Assembly: GCA_964396025.1 (NCBI GenBank)
Contig: CAYNBT010000002.1
Span: forward strand, 37,030 to 101,029
Length of the DNA: 64,000 nucleotides
Reading direction: 5' to 3'
DNA from: an uncultured Candidatus Saccharibacteria bacterium
GTDB taxonomy: Bacteria; Patescibacteriota; WWE3; UBA101185; UBA10185
The translations under genes and the position numbers were made by a program. Below are positions 37,465 to 45,933 of this stretch, piece after piece (positions within the stretch are counted from its first letter, which is position 1; the number at the start of each line of letters is the position of its first letter). The notes below the pieces were generated by a model. The model was not told where the DNA came from and made no database searches. It saw only the letters and a program-made list of their open reading frames with translations.

Positions 37465-39282
37465 TCACCTAAACACCAAATAAACCCTCTGAAGATCCTT
37501 ACCCAAAGATTTTTGCTTTTCTATCTTAACTTGCCCTAATTCTGACAAATTTTGAACGTGAGGTCCTCCACAGAATTCCTTGCTAAAAGCGTGTTCAAGG
37601 TTTTTTCCAATATAGTAGACTTTTACTTCGTCTCCGTACTTTTCGCCAAAAAAGTGCATAGCACCGGTTTTTTCCGCTTCGTCTTTACTCATGATTTCAA
37701 AGCCCACGTTGTGTTGTTCGGATATTTTTTCATTAATTAAGTTTTCCACGCGCAAAACTTCTTCGTCAGTGAGTTTCTCGTGATGAGAAAAGTCGAATCT
37801 AGCTCTTTCTCCTGTGATATTGCTGCCCATCTGTTTAACATGTTTGCCTAGAATTTCGCGTAATGCCCAATGCAACAAGTGTGTTGCTGTGTGGAATTTC
37901 ACTACTTGTTCGCTGTGATCTGCAAGACCACCTTTGAATTTTTGTTCTGCTCCTTGCCTTGATTGAGCTTGGTGAAGCTTAAACAGATTCTCAAATGATT
38001 TGTTAAGTTCTTTCAAATCTACAGCGATCTTTTTATCTCTTACATCTTCCAAAAACATTTCCATTGGATACCCTACGGATTGGAACAGATCAAAGGCTGC
38101 TTTGGAAAGTTCTTCCACACTCTCAGTTCCTTCGCGTAAAAACTTTTCTGCTTCTTTAGCTCCAAGGTTAAGCACTTTTCTGAACTTTTCTTCTTCTTGC
38201 GCAAATGTCTCTACAATATCCTTTTCTTTATGTTCAAGTTCCGGGTAGATCCATGAGAAATTTTTCACCACAGTGCTAACAAGGTTTACAGATACACCGC
38301 TTTCGATTCCTAGCTTTTTTCCTGTGCGAACCATTCTTCGCAGTATTCGGCGCAATACGTAGCCTTGATCTTTATTTGATGGTTTCACGCTGTCCATTGC
38401 CAAAAACGTAGCGGCTCGAATATGATCTGCCAGTATTCTCATGCATTTTGTTGATTCTTCGTTTTCGTGATATCTGAGATTACTTAGTTCTTGAATCTTT
38501 TCTATGATCGGCCAAAAATTATCTGTTTCAAAAATATCTCTTTTGTCTTGCACCGCAAGTGCGATTCGTTCCAAACCTCCACCAAAGTCTACATTGCGTT
38601 GGCTTAACTCTTCCCAGCTGGTTTCAGTTTTTTTGTATTGCATAAAAACGCTGTTACCAATTTCGAGATAATCTTTATCGTAAACTGCAGGATCTTTGCC
38701 CTCGCCTGATCCCTCCCCTAGATAATAAAAAACTTCGCTGTCTGGACCGCCAAGCTCACCAATGGCTTCGCCACGTTTCCACCAGTTGTCCTTTTTTCCG
38801 TAAGCATAGATTCTGGTTCCAACTTCAGCTTTGATTCCGTATTTAGCAAAAATATTTTTTAGAAGTTCGATGGATTCGGTGTCCTTTGGGGCATCTGAGT
38901 CGCCTTCAAAGACGGTGGCAAAAATGCGTTGAGGATCCAGCCCAAGCTTTTCTATAAAAAATTCATAGATCCAAGGTAATTGTTCTTTTTTAAAGTAGTC
39001 CCCTAAACTCCAGTTGCCAATCATATGAAAGGCGACTGTATGGTTGTAGTCCCCAACTTCTTCCAAATCATCAAATCGTAAGCAGCGTTGCACGTTTACA
39101 ATGCGGCTGCCAAGCGGATGTTTTTCGCCGGATAAATATGGGACCAAAGGGAACATTCCTGAGTTTACAAATAACAGGGTAGGGTCGTTTTCTGGAACTA
39201 GAGACACATTAGGTACGAGTTTGTGCCCTTTTGACTTCATAAAATCTAGATAGGTGTTTAGTATTTCTTTTGAACTTTTCAT
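37465..39282 (-). CDS. alaS: Alanine--tRNA ligase, truncated form with catalytic and editing domains but no C-Ala domain.
   Basis: The N-terminal LLFVNSGMFPL...RIVNVQRCLRFDDLEEVGDYNHTVAFHMIGNWSLGDYFK is the class II AlaRS core. The HTATHLLHWAL...FCGGPHV editing motifs are present. Confidence 0.85.
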   Translation of the reverse strand: MKSSKEILNTYLDFMKSKGHKLVPNVSLVPENDPTLLFVNSGMFPLVPYLSGEKHPLGSRIVNVQRCLRFDDLEEVGDYNHTVAFHMIGNWSLGDYFKKEQLPWIYEFFIEKLGLDPQRIFATVFEGDSDAPKDTESIELLKNIFAKYGIKAEVGTRIYAYGKKDNWWKRGEAIGELGGPDSEVFYYLGEGSGEGKDPAVYDKDYLEIGNSVFMQYKKTETSWEELSQRNVDFGGGLERIALAVQDKRDIFETDNFWPIIEKIQELSNLRYHENEESTKCMRILADHIRAATFLAMDSVKPSNKDQGYVLRRILRRMVRTGKKLGIESGVSVNLVSTVVKNFSWIYPELEHKEKDIVETFAQEEEKFRKVLNLGAKEAEKFLREGTESVEELSKAAFDLFQSVGYPMEMFLEDVRDKKIAVDLKELNKSFENLFKLHQAQSRQGAEQKFKGGLADHSEQVVKFHTATHLLHWALREILGKHVKQMGSNITGERARFDFSHHEKLTDEEVLRVENLINEKISEQHNVGFEIMSKDEAEKTGAMHFFGEKYGDEVKVYYIGKNLEHAFSKEFCGGPHVQNLSELGQVKIEKQKSLGKDLQRVYLVFR

Positions 39283-39316
39283 ATATATTTCGTTGCCTTA
39301 ACTAATTTAATTTAAA

Positions 39317-39524
39317 CAAAAAAACCTCATCTATGCACACTAATCATAGACTAATGTACAAGGACGAGGCTTCTGGTAGGAATCCCGTGGTACCACCTTG
39401 TTTCTTTTTGCAATTTCTTGCAAAAACTTTACGGCTGTTATGCAGCCCTTGTTAACGTGTAAGTTCACGGCACTGCTTTCGCAGGCTGCTCCCAGAGTAG
39501 CACTACATTCTGGTCAAACGCATT
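39317..39524 (-). promoter_or_regulatory. T-box-like riboswitch leader of alaS. The T-box sequence aaGGTGGTACCACGG lies at 39384-39397. A terminator hairpin with U-tract lies at 39317-39369. A candidate GCUA specifier lies at 39498-39501.
   Basis: Read on the minus strand, GGUGGUACC matches the T-box consensus AGGGUGGNACCGCG. Immediately 3' is the long hairpin GCCUCGUCCUUGUACAUUAGUC-UAU-GAUUAGUGUGCAUAGAUGAGG followed by UUUUUUU, ending about 35 nt before the alaS ATG. I have not verified the folds computationally. Confidence 0.5.
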
Positions 39525-39530
39525 TCAGGA

Positions 39531-39558
39531 ATTGTATCAATAAACGTTATATTGTCAA
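39531..39558 (-). promoter_or_regulatory. Putative promoter for the alaS leader (-35 TTGACA at 39553-39558, 16-nt spacer, -10 TACAAT at 39531-39536, minus strand).
   Basis: The hexamers were read on the minus strand, upstream of the T-box leader. Confidence 0.4.
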
Positions 39559-39611
39559 TATCGGCAAAAATGGATTTGTTTTTGCAGCGCGCATAAAATA
39601 TAATTTGTACA

Positions 39612-40829
39612 ATGTTTAAACTGCCATCTCTATTTAAGCAAGCAGATCCCAATCTTTTTTTAGCGGTTGATATAAGTTCATCTGCCATAAAATGTTACGC
39701 TCTAGAGGTTTTTGAAAACGAGTCAGGCCCATTTGTTGAAGTGATCAGTGTCTACAAAAAAAAGCTGGAACCTGGAATAGTTCGTGGCGGAGTTCTTATC
39801 GATATAGATGTGATCTCACAGCTTTTGGCAGAGTCTGTAACAGACATTACCCAAGATATTCAAAGGCCTGTGCGGCAAGCTATATTCGGCTTGAGTGGGG
39901 AGCTTTGCATTTCAAACGTTACAACAGTAAAAGCTACAAGGCATTCTCAAGACCCTGTTTCTCAGAAAGAAACAGAAGAAATTTACCAAAAGATGTTGGA
40001 AACCTCCCAAGAAAGTGCACAGGCTCAACTTTCCTATCTTACTGGAAACACAGATATGGATTTGGATTTGATTACGTCCTCCTTTGTTTATTCCAAACTT
40101 GACGGTAAAAGAGTAATAAAAACATTAGGTATGGATGGTGATGTTTTGGAAACAGCTCTTTTTACTTGTTTTACTCCAACATTTAATGTGAAGGCCCTTC
40201 AGCAAATTGCCAAAAAGGCTAGGTTAAAAATCTTATCCATAGGTTCGCTTATGTATACGCTAACAGAATCCCTTAAACATAAATTTGGCAGGCATTTTGA
40301 TGGTGTGCTTTTGGATATGGGTAGTGATTTAACTGATGTGGGGGTAGTATTTGGTGGTGGGTTGGTTTCTCAGAAAACCTTGCCTTTGGGTGGATATCAT
40401 TTTTCTCAAGAAATAAGCAGGAAAACTGGTTTAACTTATTTTGGGGCAGAGGAAAAGAAAAAACAGTACTCTTATTCAAATCTTACGGAAACAGAACTTG
40501 TGCCTGTGCAGGAAGGTATTGAGAAAGTTTCTGCACTTTGGGTGAGCGGACTAGAACTATTGTTTGGTGAATTTGTGGGTGTTAAAACATTTGCGTCGTC
40601 AGTTTATATCGCGGGTGGTGGGGCTGAATTGCCCGAAATGATTGATGTTTTATCCAGTCAGCCTTGGACCAAATCAATCCCATTTAAGTCGCCTCCTGAG
40701 TTTGCAAAACTTAGTATCGCTGACCTCGTTTTTGTGAAAGACACCACAGGTTTGTGCGATTCTCTAGAGGATATCATGCCTTTATCATTAAGCGTGATTT
40801 TTTTAAAAATGCAAGGAATGATTGAATAA
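39612..40829 (+). CDS. Actin-like ATPase of the FtsA/PilM family.
   Basis: The N-terminal LFLAVDISSSAIKCYALEV...GIVRGGVLIDIDVISQLLAES fits the FtsA/PilM pattern (GxDIGT.k..v; G.I.d). The protein is 405 aa. Confidence 0.5.
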   Translation: MFKLPSLFKQADPNLFLAVDISSSAIKCYALEVFENESGPFVEVISVYKKKLEPGIVRGGVLIDIDVISQLLAESVTDITQDIQRPVRQAIFGLSGELCISNVTTVKATRHSQDPVSQKETEEIYQKMLETSQESAQAQLSYLTGNTDMDLDLITSSFVYSKLDGKRVIKTLGMDGDVLETALFTCFTPTFNVKALQQIAKKARLKILSIGSLMYTLTESLKHKFGRHFDGVLLDMGSDLTDVGVVFGGGLVSQKTLPLGGYHFSQEISRKTGLTYFGAEEKKKQYSYSNLTETELVPVQEGIEKVSALWVSGLELLFGEFVGVKTFASSVYIAGGGAELPEMIDVLSSQPWTKSIPFKSPPEFAKLSIADLVFVKDTTGLCDSLEDIMPLSLSVIFLKMQGMIE

Positions 40830-42374
40830 ATGAAAAAACTTATCTTAGAAATTCATGATGATATTTTAAAAATTCTTGAGAAATTGGAAAATTCTCAAGA
40901 TACGGTTGTGGAGCTGGAAATACCCGAAGGCTCTGTTTTGTTTGATAACATCGTGAATCTAAAGGTTTTGCAAAAGGAGGCAGATAATTTGGGTAAATCG
41001 CTAAATTTCAAAACTTTAGATGAAAACGGCGCCGCGTTGATTGAAAGTATTTTATCTGGTACTCGCCCGCAAGACGAATTCGTATCTAGAGAGTTTACGC
41101 CTTCGCGCCATAGTATCACTCCCAAAGAGAGTGTTATCTCCAGACTAATTGGATCTCTCCCCAGCTTGCCTAAATTTAGCATGTTTTCTGGTGGTGGAAA
41201 TTTTAGTAAAGTGCTGCTAATTTTTGTAGTTTTGAGTTTGCTAGGTGGAATGGGTTATTTGCTGGTAACGCAGGTCCCGCAAGCATTTGTAAAGATCTCT
41301 GTTGATTCGCAGCCCTTGATTAAAAGTATTTCTATAAAAGTAGTTTTGGACAAGGCTACTTCTGCTAAAGAAAGAATATTGAATGGGAGGAAGGTAGAAG
41401 CTGTAGTGGCAGACACTGCGTCCATGGAGCCAACAGGAATCAAAATTGTGGGAGAAACTGCGTCAGGCAAGATCAAAATTTACAATTATACTGATCAAGA
41501 GAAAGAGTTTGGTAAAGGTACCGAAGTTTATTTTAATGAAGACGATTACGATTTAACGTATAAAACCAAAAGTTCTGTGGTTGTTCCTGCTGAAACCTTG
41601 AAAGAACCCGGTGTACCAGGCAGTCCCACAGTGCCCGGTGAGGCAACAGTGGATGTAGAAGCCACAGAGATTGGTGAAGATTCTAACATAGATAAGGGTA
41701 GTACGCTGACCTTTGACGATTACAAAAAATCTGAGGTAGTTGCGGCGGCAGACGCCGATTTTTCCGGCGGAGAAAGCTCTGAAGTAAAAGTAGTTGCAGA
41801 GGCAGACTTACTGAAACTTGAGGAAGAACTTCAAAAGAAACTTACTGAAAACAGCGAAAGCATCCTAAAAGCTAAGCAAGGCGTAAAGTACAAACTAATT
41901 GATGGATCAACCGCCACCTCCATTGTTTCCAAAAAGTTTTCGGCAGAACTCGACGACGAAACCGATACGTTAAATCTGGATATGGAAGTTAAAGCTTTTG
42001 GTTTGGCCTATTCTACAGATGAGTTGAATAAACTGCTAGACACTTTGGTTGATAGTTTCATTCCAGACGGATTTAAACTTTCTGCCAAAAACAAATCAAT
42101 CAGCGTTGAGATTTTAGGTAATTCAGATGATACTGTTCTATCTTCTTCTGAGGCTGATCTACAGGTAACTCTTAAGGCATATGTAGTGCCAGGTATAAAT
42201 GAACAAGAATTAAAAACTAAACTTAGAGGAAAAAAGTTGAATGATGCAAGAGATTTATTAAACAACATACAGAACATAAACAATTTTGAATTAAGTATTT
42301 CCCCAAATATCCCATTCTTTGGCAGAATGCCCGTATCCGAGGAGAATATAAGCCTTGAGATCAGCTTAAATTAA
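40830..42374 (+). CDS. Hypothetical bitopic membrane protein (cytoplasmic N-terminal domain of about 125 aa, one TM segment, extracytoplasmic domain of about 370 aa).
   Basis: The central TM segment is VLLIFVVLSLLGGMGYLLV. It is translationally adjacent to the FtsA/PilM-like gene, with a 1-nt gap. Confidence 0.4.
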   Translation: MKKLILEIHDDILKILEKLENSQDTVVELEIPEGSVLFDNIVNLKVLQKEADNLGKSLNFKTLDENGAALIESILSGTRPQDEFVSREFTPSRHSITPKESVISRLIGSLPSLPKFSMFSGGGNFSKVLLIFVVLSLLGGMGYLLVTQVPQAFVKISVDSQPLIKSISIKVVLDKATSAKERILNGRKVEAVVADTASMEPTGIKIVGETASGKIKIYNYTDQEKEFGKGTEVYFNEDDYDLTYKTKSSVVVPAETLKEPGVPGSPTVPGEATVDVEATEIGEDSNIDKGSTLTFDDYKKSEVVAAADADFSGGESSEVKVVAEADLLKLEEELQKKLTENSESILKAKQGVKYKLIDGSTATSIVSKKFSAELDDETDTLNLDMEVKAFGLAYSTDELNKLLDTLVDSFIPDGFKLSAKNKSISVEILGNSDDTVLSSSEADLQVTLKAYVVPGINEQELKTKLRGKKLNDARDLLNNIQNINNFELSISPNIPFFGRMPVSEENISLEISLN

Positions 42375-42376
42375 GC

Positions 42377-42808
42377 ATGAAAGCCACTTCATCAGCAAAA
42401 AGAGAACAAATTGCCTTGGGTATTGATTACGGCGAGACTAACATTGGCTTGGCTTTTGGTAGGGCTGGTTTAGTCACGCCCTTAAAGGTGGTTTCGGGCA
42501 AAAACTCTCATATTGCGGTGCAGGAGATTGCTAGGGTGGTGGTAGAGAATAAGGTAACACAACTTGTGTTTGGGTTACCTAAAAACTCTGATGGGCAGGA
42601 GACACCTCAGTGCCTAAAAGTTCGGCAGTTTGCCAAATTGTTAAGAGTCTATCTTAAACTCCCCACAGTTTTTGTAGATGAATATATGTCTACGCATGAA
42701 GCTTTAGGTGAGGCAATTGACTTGAATATTTCTATGAAAAGAAGAAAATCTTTAGATGACTTATCCGCCGCTATTATTTTAAAAAAATACTACAGAGAAA
42801 ACGCCTAG
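42377..42808 (+). CDS. yqgF: Putative pre-16S rRNA nuclease YqgF/RuvX (RNase H-like Holliday junction resolvase-like).
   Basis: IALGIDYGETNIGLAFG...TPL is the YqgF N-terminal motif. The length is 143 aa. Confidence 0.7.
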   Translation: MKATSSAKREQIALGIDYGETNIGLAFGRAGLVTPLKVVSGKNSHIAVQEIARVVVENKVTQLVFGLPKNSDGQETPQCLKVRQFAKLLRVYLKLPTVFVDEYMSTHEALGEAIDLNISMKRRKSLDDLSAAIILKKYYRENA

Positions 42809-43038
42809 CTTTTCTTGTGCTTCATCGTAACGTCTTTTGAATCGCAGAGCATACATTGAAAGTTATGCCCAGGTTTTAAACATGCCGGGCACATATACAT
42901 GTTGTCCTTAAAGATCAAATCGTTCTGGTTGCAGCTGTTACATAAAAAGACTACATCTTCTTGTGCAATCACTCCGCAATTGGGGCAAGTAAATATAACG
43001 CTACTTTCTGTTGAATTTGTAAGATTGTCGATGTCCAT
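42805..43038 (-). CDS. Small tandem zinc-ribbon protein with four CxxC pairs.
   Basis: The motifs are CPNC...CNSC...CPAC...CMLC across 77 aa. Confidence 0.45.
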   Translation of the reverse strand: MDIDNLTNSTESSVIFTCPNCGVIAQEDVVFLCNSCNQNDLIFKDNMYMCPACLKPGHNFQCMLCDSKDVTMKHKKS

Positions 43039-43098
43039 ATTTAGATACTATCACAAAAAAACTTTGCGTTAAACTTAATACTTTGATAACCTGAAAGT

Positions 43099-43266
43099 AT
43101 GATATTTTTATATCTATATCTTGGATTTGGTTTTATTTACGCTATCTATCTATACATTACTACTGTGGAGGAATGGTACAAAATTCCGGTGAACATGTTA
43201 TTTGGTCCTATTGTGTTTGTTTATCTAGCTATCATTACTGCATTAGGATTAAAAGTACCTAGGTAA
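43099..43266 (+). CDS. Possible unannotated small membrane protein of 55 aa (MIFLYLYLGFGFIYAIYLYITTVEEWYKIPVNMLFGPIVFVYLAIITALGLKVPR).
   Basis: It is a 56-codon open frame in AT-rich intergenic DNA that ends 3 nt before the HAD gene start. It has two hydrophobic segments. No strong RBS is present. Confidence 0.25.
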   Translation: MIFLYLYLGFGFIYAIYLYITTVEEWYKIPVNMLFGPIVFVYLAIITALGLKVPR

Positions 43267-43269
43267 TCT

Positions 43270-44028
43270 ATGTATAAACAATTTCTTATTGGTAAAAAAG
43301 CAGTTTGTTTTGATATGGATGGGACGTTTGTATATACGATTCCCCTTTGGAACGCAGCATTCTCAAGAGTACTTAGCGTGATGGGCGCATATAATGTGCC
43401 ACATGAAAAATACACAGGTTTTTCCTTGCAAGGTAAATGGAATACAATACTTTCTGACTTTGATATTTCATCAAAACTAAGTGCTGCGGAACTGACTTCG
43501 CACACAGAACAAGAATTCCTTCGCCTGTTGGAAATGACCGAAGATTTTGAACCCACAGCAGGGTTTTTTGAATTGGTCACGGATCTTAAAGCCAACAAAA
43601 AATTAAAGATTGTTTTGGCATCGAATGCGCCAAAATACATTGTTGATGCTGTTCTCAAAAAAGTCGAAGTCTCTGAGACCTTTGACCTTGTTGTAACTGG
43701 TAACGATGTTAAGTCTCCAAAACCCGATCCCGAGATATACAAACTTGTTATGTCCAAGCTAAGTATTTCAGCGAAAGAATTGCTTGTGTTCGAGGATTCT
43801 GTGCCCGGCGCGCAAGCCGCTGTTGCTGCAAAAGCAACTGTATTTGTAATTTGGGATGGGAATGTTTTAAAAACCAGCTATCCGGAAGAAGTACCACACT
43901 TTTTTCAAAGTTTTGACGGTTTAGCAGGTTCGTTTGACTACGACCTTACTGATCGTATGAACGACTACGCAGATAGATTAAAAACATATTGGGAATCCAA
44001 GGGTAAAAAGCCTGATGGAGGAAATTAG
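43270..44028 (+). CDS. HAD-superfamily hydrolase (beta-phosphoglucomutase/phosphatase-like).
   Basis: The motif I CFDMDGTFV (DxDGT) is present, with downstream motifs II to IV (ASNAP; K...GNDV; FEDS). Confidence 0.75.
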   Translation: MYKQFLIGKKAVCFDMDGTFVYTIPLWNAAFSRVLSVMGAYNVPHEKYTGFSLQGKWNTILSDFDISSKLSAAELTSHTEQEFLRLLEMTEDFEPTAGFFELVTDLKANKKLKIVLASNAPKYIVDAVLKKVEVSETFDLVVTGNDVKSPKPDPEIYKLVMSKLSISAKELLVFEDSVPGAQAAVAAKATVFVIWDGNVLKTSYPEEVPHFFQSFDGLAGSFDYDLTDRMNDYADRLKTYWESKGKKPDGGN

Positions 44029-44297
44029 ACGTTTGCAGGTACTTCAACAGTAGAGAACTGCAATGCAACCTCGTTGACGTTCGAGAATACAGGTCCCTTT
44101 TTGCACCACTTAACCATTTCCCACAGTTTGGTGTTTTCACCTTCAACAACGATTTCAATGTTTCCTTCATGGGTGTTAATTATTTTGTGTGTTAGTAAGC
44201 CAAGCCTTTTAGCCTGTATTTTAGCAAAGAACTTAAAGTGGAACTTTTGTAAATTGCCTTTGATATTTAGGTGTAGTTTCTTATTTTTTATCTCCAT
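44025..44297 (-). CDS. Acylphosphatase-like protein.
   Basis: IKGNLQKFHFKFFAKIQAKRLGLLTHKIINTHEGNIEIVVEGE...KGPVFSNVNEV fits the acylphosphatase fold signatures. AAAGG precedes the ATG at 44297. It overlaps the 3' end of the HAD gene by 4 nt. Confidence 0.55.
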   Translation of the reverse strand: MEIKNKKLHLNIKGNLQKFHFKFFAKIQAKRLGLLTHKIINTHEGNIEIVVEGENTKLWEMVKWCKKGPVFSNVNEVALQFSTVEVPANV

Positions 44298-44389
44298 ATA
44301 TGCCTTTCTGAACCACACAGCACTCTGGCGGAACAGGACAATATAACAGATGATTGACTATGTGTCAATAGCTATCTTTATGGTAAGAT

Positions 44390-44746
44390 TTGCTCCATAT
44401 GAACGCCGTTTTAAAGCCAGATATAACTTATGATGAGTTTTCCAAACTTGATGTTCGCGTTGGTTTAATAACAAATGCTGAACGTGTACAAGAATCCGAA
44501 AAACTACTTAAACTTTCAGTAGATTTTGGAGATTTCCAGAGAAACATTTTGACAGGTATGCAAAAGTGGTACTCCCCCGAGGATTTTATGGGAAAAAAGA
44601 CATTGTTTGTTGTAAATCTTGCATATAGAAAAATGGCTGGTCTAATTTCTGAGGGTATGCTGTTGTCTTTAGGCATTGATCACGCTAAAAAACCTATTCT
44701 TGTGTTTTTACCACCTGAGACCGAAGTTGGAGAGGGTTTGTCTTAA
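44390..44746 (+). CDS. tRNA-binding protein (CsaA/Trbp111-like OB-fold domain).
   Basis: VRVGLITNAERVQESEKLLKLSVDFGD...GKKTLFVVNLAYRKMAGLISEGMLLS matches the tRNA-binding (EMAP-like) domain. Confidence 0.65.
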   Translation: MLHMNAVLKPDITYDEFSKLDVRVGLITNAERVQESEKLLKLSVDFGDFQRNILTGMQKWYSPEDFMGKKTLFVVNLAYRKMAGLISEGMLLSLGIDHAKKPILVFLPPETEVGEGLS

Positions 44747-45933
44747 TGTCTACGTTTGTTCCCAAGAGATACTTAATCAAGACATTGGGGTGTCAGGCTA
44801 ATGAAGCAGACTCCAGCACTATGGCAGGGATTTTGGAAGCCTTGGGTTTTGAGAAAGCGGAAAGCTTTGATTCTACAGATGTTTTTATAGTAAACACCTG
44901 CTCTATTCGGCAAAAAAGCGAAGATAAGGCCTACGGTGTTGGAAAGTTGGTTAAGGCCAGCCTGGAAAAAAACGATAAAAAACCATTTATTATCATGGCG
45001 GGTTGTATGGTTGGCTCAGTAACAGGGGAACGTCAGAGATACAAATTCGACGAGCTTCGCAAAAAGACTCCATGGGTAGATGCATACATAAATCCATCCC
45101 AAGTAACAGAAATCCCAAACATTTTGTTCGAGCATAAATTACTTGATGAGTGGGCATTATCTAAGTTCGATTTTGCTTCAATCAATCCGGTACATAATTC
45201 CGCAAAACACGCCTTTGTGAATATTTCTTATGGTTGCGACAATTTCTGCACCTTCTGCGTGGTACCTTACGCACGCGGTCGGGAAATTTCGCGGACAAAG
45301 ACAGCTATTTTGACAGAGATTAACCACTTGATTAGGCGCGGATTTACAGAGTTTACTTTATGTGGCCAAAACGTAAATTCTTGGGGGTTAAATATGAGTG
45401 AAAAATTCGAAATTCGTGCGGGCGGGGATCAGAAGATTCCGTTTGCTGAGCTTTTGAGGGAGATTCATGACTTACCCCAAGTTACTAAAATAGACTTTTT
45501 GTCTTCAAATCCTTTTGATTTTACACAAGACTTGATAGAAACCCTAAGGTTGCCAAAAATCTCCAACTACTTACACATTGCCGTGCAGTCAGGAAATAAT
45601 GAAGTACTCAAAAGAATGAATAGGCGACATACCATAGAAGATTTTGTAGCACTTACTAGGCTTATCAAACAAGCCAAACCGTCTGTGGAATTTGGCACAG
45701 ATATAATTGTGGGATTTCCCGGTGAAACTCGAGAGCAATTTATGGATACAGTAGAACTTTTTAAAACGGTACCGTTCAATGTTGCATTTATTTCAATATA
45801 TTCTGCGAGAAAGGGTACTCCTGCAGAGAAATTTTTTGGCGACGATGTTAGTCTTACAGAAAAGCGTTGGCGTCATAGTTATCTCAATAGTATTTGGAAA
45901 GAAACAAAGCCAAAGGAAACGAACAACTTATGA
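44746..45933 (+). CDS. miaB: Radical-SAM methylthiotransferase (MiaB-like), lacking an obvious TRAM domain.
   Basis: The MTTase N-domain YLIKTLGCQANEADS is followed by the radical SAM motif CDNFCTFC. It overlaps the miaA start as ATGA. Confidence 0.7.
   Translation: MSTFVPKRYLIKTLGCQANEADSSTMAGILEALGFEKAESFDSTDVFIVNTCSIRQKSEDKAYGVGKLVKASLEKNDKKPFIIMAGCMVGSVTGERQRYKFDELRKKTPWVDAYINPSQVTEIPNILFEHKLLDEWALSKFDFASINPVHNSAKHAFVNISYGCDNFCTFCVVPYARGREISRTKTAILTEINHLIRRGFTEFTLCGQNVNSWGLNMSEKFEIRAGGDQKIPFAELLREIHDLPQVTKIDFLSSNPFDFTQDLIETLRLPKISNYLHIAVQSGNNEVLKRMNRRHTIEDFVALTRLIKQAKPSVEFGTDIIVGFPGETREQFMDTVELFKTVPFNVAFISIYSARKGTPAEKFFGDDVSLTEKRWRHSYLNSIWKETKPKETNNL

Noticed and set aside
39398-39688. 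Two small ORFs (73 and 61 aa) between alaS and the FtsA-like gene.
   Set aside because: They fall inside the T-box leader and promoter region. The RNA explanation is better supported.
43221-43757. A 178-aa minus-strand ORF antisense to the HAD hydrolase.
   Set aside because: It lies entirely inside a well-supported plus-strand gene with clear HAD motifs and has no family resemblance. It is probably a shadow ORF. The same holds for 46880..47389 (antisense to the AI-2E transporter), 18142..18609, 811..1056, 21841..22206 and 35835..36116.
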